Below are positions 45,209 through 57,439 of a DNA stretch of 64,000 bases, in pieces. Origin of the DNA: Epithemia pelagica (Eukaryota; Protista; Bacillariophyta); NCBI GenBank assembly GCA_946965045.2, contig OX337241.1, forward strand, positions 2,790,001 to 2,854,000. Direction: 5' to 3'. Numbering within the stretch: the first letter of the stretch is position 1; every line of letters begins with the position of its first letter. The position numbers and the translations under genes were made by a program. Below the pieces are notes generated by a model. It had not been told where the DNA came from, searched no databases, and saw nothing but the letters and a program-made list of their open reading frames with translations.

Positions 45209-45620
45209 GGGGAATTGTTCTCGGTTGAACTCTTGCGAGTAAAGCCTAGATCGCTTGTCGTTGCCAGCATGCCTGATCGATCTTAATGGATACTCAACAG
45301 ACGTGGACCAGGGCTTGGCAGCCTAATGGGAAGCGGCGCAGCACTGGTGAAGATATTTCGGAGTGCTGCGGCTCAGCAATGGGTCTGATACTGGGTTTGT
45401 CTGTTGGGGGACGTCACACTAGCGCGTAACGGACGGAAGTTTACGGGATCCGAGTCCCGTGAGCTTTTGGCGCGAACCACGATTCACGCCCGCCTTTTTG
45501 GGAAAGGATGGGTGGGGGGCCTTCCCCCCCAGAGTATGGTAATATATAGTATTATGTTATTGTGGAAGTGTGGTATCGTTGGGACGTCTCATCCGGAAGG
45601 AAGAGTGAGGATCAAGTACC
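45209..45620 (+). repeat. Split direct repeat B1
   Basis: 412 bp; matches 45885-46296 with one mismatch. Confidence 0.95.
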
Positions 45621-45869
45621 GCATCGTACCCAACAGGTTAAGCAGGGACCGACGGACGAACGATGAGAGACTGATGATGTCGCTCCCAACAAGATGGCAA
45701 CGACACGTCAGAGTTGGTTGGGGTCATCAATGACTCTTATGAGTCATACCCCAACCTACGAGAATATGGAGAAAGGATTCCTAAAGGAGTCATAAGTTTA
45801 TGAGAAGAAAACTCTTCGGTTGTATCACGGATCTGATCACCCATTGATCATCGTGGAGTTCTCTTTTTG
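45619..45869 (+). repeat. Split direct repeat A2
   Basis: Identical to A1; shares a 2-nt CC overlap with the end of B1. Confidence 0.95.
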
Positions 45870-45884
45870 CCCACCCACCCGCCC

Positions 45885-46296
45885 GGGGAATTGTTCTCGG
45901 TTGAACTCTTGCGAGTAAAGCCTAGATCGCTTGTCGTTGCCAGCATGCCTGATCGATCTTAATGGATACTCAACAGACGTGGACCAGGGCTTGGCAGCCT
46001 AATGGGAAGCGGCGCAGCACTGGTGAAGATATTTCGGAGTGCTGCGGCTCAGCAATGGGTCTGATACTGGGTTTGTCTGTTGGGGGACGTCACACTAGCG
46101 CGTAACGGACGGAAGTTTACGGGATCCGAGTCCCGTGAGCTTTTGGCGCGAACCACGATTCACGCCCGCCTTTTTGGGAAAGGATGGGTGGGGGGCCTTC
46201 CCCCCCAGAGTATGGTAATATATAGTATTATGTTATTGTGGAAGTGTGGTATCGGTGGGACGTCTCATCCGGAAGGAAGAGTGAGGATCAAGTACC
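45885..46296 (+). repeat. Split direct repeat B2
   Basis: Copy of B1; forms the right end of the element. Confidence 0.95.
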
Positions 46297-47343
46297 AGTT
46301 TGAAAGTCAGGTGAGGAAATTAAATAAGCCTTGACATGCAGTCCATCCTCTGCTCTTGTAATCCGGCATTTGTCTCTTGTAGAGCCCACATGACCCAGAA
46401 CTATCCCCACGACCTGCATCCTCAGCACTTAAACAGATATTTAGGGATGACGTGGTCCTGTGTCCGTGGCTCTGCCGTGGCCCGCAAGCCGAGCAACCCA
46501 GGCTCACAAGAACCACCGCACGCACACACGAATGCGCGCAACGATAAGAAACAAAGAAGACGATGGAGAGGCTATGATATATACATCGACGGACTCCCCA
46601 AGTTTCAGAGGCGAACAAGAACGCTTAGCTGCGGTACAAGAACTGACGAGACTCCATCAATCTGTTTTGAAACTAACTAGGTAGTATACGCATGAACTTG
46701 ACGACCAATAATTTCAAGTAGCGCCTCTGTATCTTGTCTACCTATATATACTGGTGAAGTCTTACCCACTACCGGTAGATCATTTTCCTTCCACTTCATG
46801 GCCTGGATGAGCTCATGAGTAGTGTATATCGCTCTCATTAGTAGCAGATACAGCTGTGGAAGTATCGTAGTAGCATCAGCATCTGCGGTGGTAGTCTGCT
46901 CCGAGATTGTAATGCAGTTATATCCCTAAGGTCTAATATGATCTGCTGCCAGATTACCATATCCGGGGCTGAGTAGTGAGTGTTACTATTGTGATCAATG
47001 CGTTATGCGTTGCCATCAAGTGTTGTGTCAGACTCGCAAGCTACAACTTGGATTGAGATCAACAGTGGATGGATGGACTGTGGTTCACAAAGTCAGACAA
47101 TGGATGTTCTTCCATTGACAAACAAATCCTGTGACCAACCTCACGTCGTACAGCAGAGAATGCGCATCGTGACTGTGCGAACCGAGCACTCCAGGAAGCT
47201 CTTTGTCGCAGCATCCCACCAATGACAGACGGTCACTTCCACGGTGGATCCCTGTTCCACTGCCCTTACCGTACGAGCATGGTCGCTTTGGTAGAATGGA
47301 GAGAAATTCGGGTCTCGTGTGTGTCGTTCCTACAATGTTCAGT

Positions 47344-50260
47344 TCAGGTTCGTCTACCAAGAACTCGAAGGTATCGCATACCCATGCCGCCCGCCTTCAT
47401 GGTCGTTGGAACTTGTGTGGGACGTTGGCTGGGTTGTTGACTGGGAGTGGTACTGGGTTGCAGCGTGGAGGGTCGTGTACTGGGACGGCTGCTGGGACTT
47501 GACAATGGTGGGGACGACCGACTGGGTCGGGCACTGGGAATACTGCTGGGTGCCGTACTGGGAACCAAACTCGGCAATTGGCTGGGATGGGAACTGGGAG
47601 CGACACTGGGGACGGGAGACGGAGCAACACTCTGACTGGGCACACTGGTTGGAATGACACTGGGACGGGTGCTGGGTGACACGGTGGGAGTGGCCGTCGG
47701 ATTGGAACTGGGTCGTGTGGAAGGCGATACGGTCGGACTGGAACTGGGTTGCCAGCTGGGATACAAACTTGGTCGAGTCGAGGTGGTCGGTGTGACACTG
47801 GGCCGCGACGTGGGAGACGTACTGGGTTGCAGCGAATCAGTGGGTCTGGCAGTGGGCAGTTGCGAGGGTGACCCGGACGGTTGGGACGTGGGTGTCTGCG
47901 ACGGCGACGCGGACGGAGGCGTACTGACCGTGGGGGCCGGCGTGAAAAATTCGGTTTGAATACATTGCAAAAAGGCGGGTGGATTGATCAATCCATGGCC
48001 CAGTCCTTGCGCCGAGGGATGAGTGAGGTTTGTGGCCGTCCGGTTCATGCAAGAGACCAAGTCGGTATTGGTTGCATTGGGATACAAGGTCTTGCCCAGT
48101 CCCAACATGGCCGAGACATGAGGACAGGCCATGCTGGTTCCCGACGCGGGCAAGTAGGGTGTGTCGGAATTCCACAAGCCCGTGGAATAAATGTCCACGC
48201 CCGGTGCGGCAATGTCGACCCAGGGTCCTGCATTGGAAAACCACGCCTTTTTCTGGTCATTGGTCACGGCGCCCACGGCAACCACATTGTGTGCGGCACT
48301 TGGAAAATACTGGTCCTTGGTATTCTTGTTGCCCGCCGCAAAGACCACAACCATGCCACGTGCATGAACGGCATAGTGGACGGCCGATTTCATGAGTGTG
48401 GGATAATTGCCTTGACTGGAATAATGCCAGGAATTGGAACTAATATGGGCCCCATTGTCGGCCGCATAGACCATGGAGGCTTCAAAATTACCCGGTCGGG
48501 ATGTGTTGCCAAAAATGACCGCCGTCATGATGGACACTCCGGGATACTCTCGAGTCCCGCCGGCCAACCCGGGGACACCGACGTCATTGTCGGTAGTGGC
48601 GGCCAAAATGCCCGTGACATGAGTCCCATGCACATTGGGACCAAGCAAATTCCCACCGGTTTGATCGCCAAAGTTGTAGCCATGACAATCCCCCTTGTAT
48701 TCGTTCTTGTCTTGATCCTTGGGCTTGTCACCCTCCTCGAGGTCACATTTTTCGTCGGGATTGACCCATTGATTGACTGTGGAAATTCATGGTAGTATAG
48801 CGAAAACGAGTACCAACAAAAAAGAGACAAAGAAAGCAAGCAAGCAAGCAAGCAACGAGACAAGCAACGAGACAAGCAAGTCAGCAAGACCCCAACGACC
48901 CATGTCCAACAAGAAAGCATGTGGTTAGAACGAGGAACCAAACACGCGCACTTCACAAACACACCAATACACACACACACACTTGGCCAGGACGTACCTC
49001 CCAAATCTTCATGGTTCCCCCAATCAGCTCCCGAATCGGCAACATGAATGACAACCTTTTGGGCATTGGGCCAGGCATTGTGAGTTTCCAGGATTTGCCA
49101 CGCCTGGTCCATTTGCAAGAGTCGTGTATTGCCGTACAATTTGGGCGAATACTTGGGGTCATTGGGATATGCATTGTTGAGGTGACGACGACGTGTCGTC
49201 GTGGTCGTTTGGTTGCGACGGTCCTCCTGGTTGTGGGGGAGCAACGTGTCCCTGGTGCTGCTGTGTGGATCGTCCTTCTCTTGTGGTTGTGGATGTTGGG
49301 ACCGTCGTGGGTGTCGTTCCTTTTGCCTTCTCCTCTTGTGGTGATGGTGGTTGGGCGGCATGGGTCCGCGGTACATGGCATCAATAATTTCCAATCGTGG
49401 TTCGACCAATTCAATGTGGACATCTCCCAGACCTCCCTGGTGGAGATGTCGTCGTTGTCGTTGTCGTCGTCTGGGTCCGCCGTCATGGTCTGGTTCTTGT
49501 TGTTGCTCTTGCTCGAGTTGTTGTTCTTCCAACCGCATGAGATACAACAAGGCGTCGTGGACGCCTTGTCCCTTTCTCGTATTCGTATTGGAGGAAAAAG
49601 AAGAAGAAGCAGAAGAAGAAGCAGTTTCGTCCTCCATAGTGTCCAACGTGCTGGTGGTGGCCATGGTGGCGGGTTCCGCACTCCTGCCCTCGTCTCCACC
49701 TCCTCCTCCTCCTCCTTGTTCTATGCCAGGACAGGTGTATTCAAACCATTGGGGAAATTGATACTGGGCATGCAAGGCGGCCACTCGGGGATTGTGATGC
49801 GGTGTGGGAATGGCCGGTCGCACCTCGGTACACCAGGGTTGTAACAACTCTTGGACGAATTGGCCAGCGACTGCCACACAACACTAACGGTTGTGGGCTC
49901 GTTCAGTGTGTGGTCGTTCTCTGTGTGGTCATGGTTCGGTTGGAGTGCGGCCACAATGGCGGCCGATGTGTTGGCAAATTTGATTTGCAAGACAGGTTCC
50001 ACATGACCCTGCTCGACTCGTTGTTGCAACCATCGACGAGAGGGAAAGACGGTTCGTTGGCGTCGTGGTGATTGTTTGGTTGTGGAGAATGGCGGTGTTG
50101 TGGTTGGGGCAGCAACCGCAATAAGAAACAATGGTGGTTGCCAGAATCCGACCAACAACAAGACGATCGACACACCCAGAACCACCCAGTGCCTTGTTGT
50201 TGTCGTCGTTGTCGTCGTCGTTGACAGGCTTCGTTTTCGTTTTCTACTGGTTGTTGTCAT
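47344..50260 (-). pseudogene. Second subtilisin-like protease gene (tandem paralog), frameshifted in the prodomain; intron 48997-48777
   Basis: VADSG, spliced EDLGVNQWVNPDEKC, HGTHVTG, FAAGN, SGTSMACPH and P/S/T repeats. The N-terminal frame (RRWLQQ..LQIKFA) and the next frame (VQELLQPWCT..WFEYTC) both match paralog 1 but are out of frame near 49880, with no plausible intron. Confidence 0.8.
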
Positions 50261-52281
50261 TGTCTCGTACCGAGTATGGCGTATTCTTCTTTGTGTGGCA
50301 CTCGACTCGACCCGACTAGCCACAGAAGGAGGATGTGAAGCGGAGTTTCGCCTTGTCACGGTGGTGTGCTTCAACATTGTACACGATGCTCTGTTCTTTG
50401 TCTTCTTGTTCTTCCTTGTTACACAACAAGTCTTGGAACCAGGAGCACCGAATAACCCGTCTTGCTCCATTCCACCGAGACAGAGATGCCCTCGTCCAAA
50501 AAATGTGGTTCGCGGTTCGTGTAAAAAAGGAGAAACAAAACTTTGCGCTCGGTTGGCGAGAGAGCATCGTTTGGGGGAGGAACGAATGTCGAAAAAACAG
50601 TACGGTCCGGCGCGTATCAGTCCCCAATCGAACCTCTGCAGTTGTTGATTGGGGGATATCTCCGTTGATTCACCGATGAATAATGGACCCCCGCCCGGCT
50701 CCCCAACTTCCATCCAACGACGGTTCCCAGTTGGAGAGAGAGAGAGAGCCGACCACGTTGGAAGGACTCCCACTCCCAGGACTGTCTCATTTTTTACTTT
50801 TTACGTCCTGTCATGCTCATCATTGCCCCTCTATGATTCCTCCTAGACACCAACACCGAACGGACAATCACCAACCACCAACGGGGCGACACACCACATC
50901 CAAACGAATAATATACAATGCACACATATTGTTGGTTTTGTGGAGTATTGAGAATTAAGATGGGCCAGAAACTCTTGTTGTTGTTGTTGTTGTATCTCTT
51001 GTTGTGTGTATCCTCTCGTGTGAGGATGATGATGACGATGATGATGAACCACCATTCCAGAACAACCACACCACAGTTCCACTACTCCTGCAACGACTGC
51101 TGTATCGAACGAGTTGCTCTGGAAACAGAAAACACCAATCAAACGAAAAGAATGGAGTGAAACTACCTACACGTTGCTAGGACTGTCTCTCTCCTCTGTG
51201 GTTGGTGCATCGAAACACAGCACCCACCAACCGAGAGAAAGGGAGGGATTCGAGACTGGAGACATGCAGCAGGGAAATATTTAGAACTCTTGTGTGGTTC
51301 GACGACGACGACGGGTCTAGACCTAGACCGGGGAGACCGTCGCTATTTAGCTTGAGGGGTAGGGAGCATAGCACGGTCGAAGAGCGACTTCATGAAACGC
51401 GACCTACACAGACGCGTTTGCGACTGCGCCGTGACAGAACCATTGTGTTGGAGAAAGCAGATGGCAATGAGAGCTGACTGTGGGGACAACTAATAACGTC
51501 AAACACAAAAGTCTCACCACCAAGATTCCCAAAGGGAGGCAAGAAGAAGAAGAAACAGACAACACGCTCTCCTCCTGCGAGGATATCGACGGCAACAACA
51601 AGGGCGACTCGACCTGAGCAACCACAGAACAACAACGCCGTGTCACTCCTCCCTCTCTCCTCCCTCCTCCATTGATTGATCGATCCCTCTATTGCTCCTG
51701 TTGTTGGTTGGCGATTCGAGAGAGAGGCTGTTGAGAGAAACCAAACATAAACCGTGTATTGTGGTCGCTGCCTCGTTCGGTTCATCTCGATCCAATCGGT
51801 GCTTGGTTCTCGTCGTCGTGTGTGTCCGAATCGATCGATCGATTCGAATTGATTGATTGATTGATTGATTGATCCATCTCGTCGGGGGTTTCCCGTCAAC
51901 CAAGAATAAGCTAAAGAGACACTACAAATCAAGACGAAGCGACCCACCAACTATAATACCAACCAGGTGTGCTTTGGTCACAACCACAACCACAACCAGG
52001 ACAACCACAACAAGAGAGGTTCTTCCAAACCACACACACACACCGACTGGTAAGGAGCAGCAGCAGCAGCAGCAGCAACCAATTTTGGGAGAAGGGAAAC
52101 CGGCACTCGTTTCAGGCAAGAACCAGAGAGATACAGCAAACTGGTGTGTCATTTGACCAGGCATTGCTTGCTTCCAAATACACCACAACAAGAAGAACAA
52201 CAACAACAACTTGTTGGGAATTCAAACAGCAACCGCCGCAGTGCACACACCCCCATTGTTGGATACAATCATTATTCTAGC

Positions 52282-54513
52282 ATGGTCAATGTGTCATTGG
52301 CCGCTTCGGGCGCTGCTTCGCAGTATTATCATCATGCGCCCTGGTTGCATCAGGCCGATTTTGCCCGTCGCACGGCACCGGGCGTCGTCGGCTTGGAATG
52401 GCATTCGACCGACATGGCCACGGCCTGTCGTCATCCGACGGGTCTCATTACCACGGCCCGCGACGATGCCTCCGTCTGGTTGTCCTGTGGCACGTATATC
52501 GCCCATGGCCGCCTCAATCGCAATGACTTTGACATTGTCATGGGCGTCACCATTCAACAGACCAACCACGAGGCCTTACAGCAAGCCAATCAATGGTATT
52601 GGACGCATGTGTGGAATCAAACGGTCCGCGACGATGCCTTGGGCCTTGATGGCATGGATCCGGTCCAATTTTCCATGGAACCCTTTCGATCCATTGGCGA
52701 TGGCGATCATGTGCGATTGCGCGTCCGCGATACGAATGGCAATGACGAATATAATGACGAAACTGACCAAGACGACGACTATGACGAATTGTGGTTTGGC
52801 ATTCAAAGTTGGGTCGATGACTTGTCGCCGAATGACTTGGGCGTGAATGAACACAACAATTTCAATCAACCGGACGATGCTCATGTCGATCGAGTGGCGG
52901 GCATTGTTCGATTTCGCGCCGATACCTTGGATTGCGTCGGCGTCATTTGGAGGGAAACGCAAACCCGCGTGCCCTGGGTGGCCTTTGATGAAGTGCGACA
53001 ATTGGCCTTTACCATTGATGCTTCCTTGGATCCACTCCATCCCACGGTCGAGGACGACAATGAGGACGAGGACGAATCCTGGGACGAACAACAAGAACTC
53101 GTGGTGGACGATCCCCATCAAAGTCCCATGGAATGGCACACCTCGTCTCCACCACGACCGGCCTTGGCCGTCTTTGATGCCATGACCATGGAATGGAAAG
53201 AATCCCATCGCATTGTCAATTTACCCACGGAATTGTACAGCACTACTATTACGACCATTCAAGATGCCCACAGCAAGGATGACGAACCAGAGGATACCGG
53301 TGGCACCAATTACGCGTACAATACCGATGAGGATGCGGCCGATCCCACTGTCGTGACCACCACGACCATTTCCAATGCGTGGGAATGGATGCACTTGTTT
53401 CGAGGCGCGGCCGTGGACAATTCCATTCGACACGTCAAGAATCGCAAACGACACAAGTCGGGCATTTTGTACATTTCCGTCAATGACGAACGATCCACCT
53501 TGCTGGCCTTGGAATTTGACGATCATTACAGTGGACCGGACACTGCGGCGGAATATCAAGACGAGCAGGCATATGATCCCACGGCCCCCGTGGCGGTGGT
53601 GGTGGATATTTGGCATACCGGATTGGGCAATCCACGGACCGGAGTGGCCTTGACGCATCATCAAATCTTGTCCTTGTCGCAACGACGACATTTTCAATCC
53701 TCCTGGTCGCAACAACAACAACCACAACCACCACCAGAAGGCGGAGAAGGAGACTCCATTCCGGGCGATTCCGAATTTTATGCCCACATTGTAGCTCTGG
53801 AATTTCCCTCGATTCTCAAGGATGAAGAAATTCAATTTGGCTGGGGTGTCTTGACGGGCTTGGTCATTGCCATTAGCCTTCATTTTTTGCTGTGGTCCTG
53901 GCGCAAATGGGCCTTTTGTTGTTGTTGTCGCATTGTCCATCGACCGTTGGATTCGGTCGTGTCGAGTCAATTGCCCCGCAACACCACCGCCATGTCGTCA
54001 TCGTCGCAACATTCGGCTGCGACCGCCGCCATGGGGTCGGGCGTCCGATACCATACGGTTGCCCTGACGGATTCGTCCGGAGTTGGAGCACCAGCACGAG
54101 CACAACAATCGGCCTCGCAGGATGCAGCACCTCCGGCACTACCACCAGCACCAGCACCCTTGTCGCCGACGCCGGCTCCATCGACCAGTACCATGGGCTT
54201 GGTCGCACGAAGTGTTTCGTCACCGGCCACCGTCCTGGCCGCAGGGAACGAGAATCCAGAATCCCCCATAATAGTACAACAACAGCAACAGCAACCACCA
54301 CAACAATCGTCGTCGTCATCGTGGTATCCCTTTTTGTCCAGCAAAAAACCACCCTCCTTTTTGGAAAACAAGCATGGTCGGCGGTATCAACGCCGTACCA
54401 TTCACGGCAACAATGAATATCGATTGGCTCCTCCTCCGGCTCAGCCACGATCGTCCTTCTTTTTTCCCTTTACATCCAGTCGATCCAAAGCCACCACCTT
54501 GGACATTGCCTAA
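52282..54513 (+). CDS. Hypothetical single-pass membrane protein with an acidic, possibly beta-propeller ectodomain
   Basis: Long ORF (track 52144..54513); repeated short hydrophobic beta-strand-like segments; TM FGWGVLTGLVIAISLHFLLWSW; low-complexity tail. The 5' end is uncertain (tag acceptor-like sequence just before ATG 52282). Confidence 0.6.
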   Translation: MVNVSLAASGAASQYYHHAPWLHQADFARRTAPGVVGLEWHSTDMATACRHPTGLITTARDDASVWLSCGTYIAHGRLNRNDFDIVMGVTIQQTNHEALQQANQWYWTHVWNQTVRDDALGLDGMDPVQFSMEPFRSIGDGDHVRLRVRDTNGNDEYNDETDQDDDYDELWFGIQSWVDDLSPNDLGVNEHNNFNQPDDAHVDRVAGIVRFRADTLDCVGVIWRETQTRVPWVAFDEVRQLAFTIDASLDPLHPTVEDDNEDEDESWDEQQELVVDDPHQSPMEWHTSSPPRPALAVFDAMTMEWKESHRIVNLPTELYSTTITTIQDAHSKDDEPEDTGGTNYAYNTDEDAADPTVVTTTTISNAWEWMHLFRGAAVDNSIRHVKNRKRHKSGILYISVNDERSTLLALEFDDHYSGPDTAAEYQDEQAYDPTAPVAVVVDIWHTGLGNPRTGVALTHHQILSLSQRRHFQSSWSQQQQPQPPPEGGEGDSIPGDSEFYAHIVALEFPSILKDEEIQFGWGVLTGLVIAISLHFLLWSWRKWAFCCCCRIVHRPLDSVVSSQLPRNTTAMSSSSQHSAATAAMGSGVRYHTVALTDSSGVGAPARAQQSASQDAAPPALPPAPAPLSPTPAPSTSTMGLVARSVSSPATVLAAGNENPESPIIVQQQQQQPPQQSSSSSWYPFLSSKKPPSFLENKHGRRYQRRTIHGNNEYRLAPPPAQPRSSFFFPFTSSRSKATTLDIA

Positions 54514-55804
54514 CTCAATCCAATCCAATCAAACCGAACACAATGATCCTCAACCATGACAAAAACGTCAAATCTCAAAATCACAACAAAATCGGGGGGA
54601 GAAGATAGAAAAACATTCTTGGACTCGTTCTCGGCACGTTTGTTCTTGCACCAGATCTACGGTACTTTTACTTTGTCATTGGAATCATGTACCTATCGTC
54701 AACAAGCCACATCAGCTGGGGGAAAAGAGGGAATTATCATAGAACCAACACAACTTTGTCGCTTTGTACATCATGCTGCTGCTTTTCCAAAAACCTACCA
54801 CTACTACTACTATTCTGTTTTAAACAAACCATAACAACCGTCTCAGTTTCTGGGCACCATGGTTCATTCATCGACAATGCTGTTTGCGGTTGCAATGTAA
54901 AACTCTTCCATAGAGCCATGATCCTTTCAATGGGTTGTCGACCTAGGTTACAACTAAAAGCGGGACCACAACTTTATATTCTTGGAGAGATCTCCTAGTT
55001 GGGGCATTGTTTGTGTATTGGAAGGTTTGGGCGGAAGGGCCTGGAAGAGGCGAGAACCATCAAGTGCGTTTTTAGAAAAAAAGAAATGTAAGGACAGATG
55101 GTTCGCGTTCTGGGCTTGGAGTCCGTTTGGTGTCATTATCTTCTTGTCGACGGTGTAACTTTTTGTGGCGTCTGCAAGTGGACAATTGCCATCGCAAATC
55201 GCAATTATTATTAGCTCATTTCCCTTTTCCTCCATTCTCACGGTGGATTCTCGTCCCGACGAATAATGGTTCTCATTTCCTTCCCGTGTTCTGACTTTCA
55301 CAGAAGTTAAGTCTGTCCGTTCTACGCTTTTCGCATGACCATGTCAAAGTCACTTATTCCCGCACAAATGAGAAGGAGTCCTACTCATCAAGAAAAACAT
55401 GGGCGTAATAGGTTACAAATGAGAACTGACCAGAACAGGGAGGACAGAAGACAGAAGCGGTCCGTTTGAGCAATGCACAAGAAGTACGTACGTGTTCAGA
55501 TTGTTCGATCCCCACAAACTTCATGGTCGCTCTCGATATGCCGACTACCCGAACAACAAGGCTCCTCCTACTATACCTCACAGCTGCCTTGAGAATGGTA
55601 ACAAAAGCATTATAGATTATTCCAGCAATCAAATTTATCACTGAAAGTTGCGCACTGGTGTTCAGTTCTTCTCGTTCAAAACCACAAAATCGATCCACGA
55701 AACCAACCATTCAAAGTATGCACTTGTAGAATTGTTTCAGCTTCATATGTAGCATGTAGTGGTACGAACAGGATAGCCAAGTCATTTCTCTTCCCTGGTT
55801 AGTC

Positions 55805-56599
55805 TCATATTGTTTGTGGTTGCGATCTTGACACTTCTCCCAAATAGCGCGCAAATAATTTGGATGGCGCACTAATGTTCTCCGAAACGCGGCGAAGAAG
55901 TGTGGCCCGAATGCTGTGCCAAACTGGATCGTGGTCCAGATCGCGATTGTAGGAACATCTTCCGAGACTTGATTGAATCTCATCCACGGCATTTAGTAGA
56001 TGTTCGCGGCGAAATTTCTTGTCACGGTAAAAGCCCCTGCTGAGCATCTTCTCGAGCCCGACGACTTCCCAACATTCGTGAAAAAGAAGAGGCATCTCCA
56101 TAACATCTTCCATCAAAGACCTGCCCGGTGACGATGGCCTTGTCTCAACTGCGTCTTCAGGGGGAGGAGGCGACGAGGAATCGCATTCGGTCTTGATGGC
56201 GTCGTAGGCTTGCCGAATCTCTGTCGTCGCTTCGTCAATGGAAAGAAAGCGAGGGCACGAATGGCCCTCATTCAAACGAGATGCTTTGTGATTCTTTCTT
56301 CGAATGAGACCCTTGGCATCTTGAATGGTTTCAGCCTTGAAACGGGCATATTCTTCAGCGGTGTACCAAATCGATTCCTTCGCAACAGCAGGAGTGCTGT
56401 CATCATGATCCCTGTTGGCGAAAAAGGAAATTGAACTATCGAATCGAACTAATTTTTATGGTATTCTTGTTGGTCCTGTCGCTTCTTCTGCCGATGCGGA
56501 GGACTCTGGTTCTTTCATTTCGTCGTGACAGTAGTCGGCGTTCAAATCAAGAACGTCGATCAACGTCGGATCAACTATCACAGACAGAGAAACATTCAT
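55805..56599 (-). pseudogene. Diatom orphan family member 3, single premature stop
   Basis: ATG 56599: MNVSLSVIVDPTLIDVL...TRIP*KLVRFDS...SIWYTAEEYARFKAETIQDAK...VVGLEK...SENISAPSKLFARYLG, all in one frame; TAA at 56458-56456. Confidence 0.8.
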
Positions 56600-57439
56600 T
56601 CTGTTGTCGTTTCACGGCTACTTGGAGGCTTTGTTCTCAACAACAAATGGCAAGACGGTTGATCCGATGACAGAGGTATCTTTTTTGTGTGTTTCTGCCT
56701 TTCGTCTTGGAACCTTCGCTGTAAAATGTCCGAGAGAGGAATAGTGGGACGGTATTTTGAATTGTATGTGTCCGTGTAAGTTGTAGTCTTGAATGGCATC
56801 TGATTTGGAATTCTCGCAATCAATGGCCCTTGTAATGTTATTTGGAAAAGTCAACTCTTCGAGGTCTTGGTGTGTGTTTTCCTTTCACCTTTGAGTTGTC
56901 GTCTTACCCTTTCTTCTCTTTGGTGAGGAGAAATGAATCATCTCTGTACGAAAGACTTACTTTACCATTGCATGCTCTTTCGGTTCTCACTGATATAAAT
57001 GGAAAACAGAAAAATGTCAGTGGTCACCCTTCTTTTTAAAGGTTCCTTGAAGTTCATCTCATCAGGTACTTTCATTAGTATCCGACAACCGACAACCGAC
57101 ATCTGTCACCGACACCACAAACGGCTGACTACGAGTACATATAGCGGACACCATGCAAGTTGTGTTAACCGTTAACCTCCAACAGTTTGGTCTAACGGAC
57201 CAATAGCTTGTTGGGCGTTTTGGCTTTCCAGTTTCCAGCCATTCGAAGAACCAGTCGATTAGTCCAACTAGAGGGAATGAATACAAACAAAGGACATCCT
57301 TGAATGATACTAATAAAAAAGGTGAAGAGGATGACTGATGAATCAAGGTTGAGTGGTACTGGTTGAATTTACAACACTGGATCGACTATGTGCAGCTATG
57401 GTGACAGGGTATGTCCGTAGTCCTCCTCTAGGTAGACTA

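Larger units (their letters stand above)
37205..46296 (+). mobile_element. Complete DIRS-order tyrosine-recombinase retrotransposon with split direct repeats (PAT/Ngaro architecture A1-gag-pol-YR-B1-A2-B2)
   Basis: A1 37205-37455 = A2 45619-45869 (251 bp, no mismatch seen); B1 45209-45620 = B2 45885-46296 (412 bp, one mismatch, 45579/46255); three long intact ORFs with RT, RNase H and YR motifs. Confidence 0.95.

Noticed and set aside
54950-55750. Short minus-strand ORFs (54954..55301, 55381..55710)
   Set aside because: No motifs or splice support.
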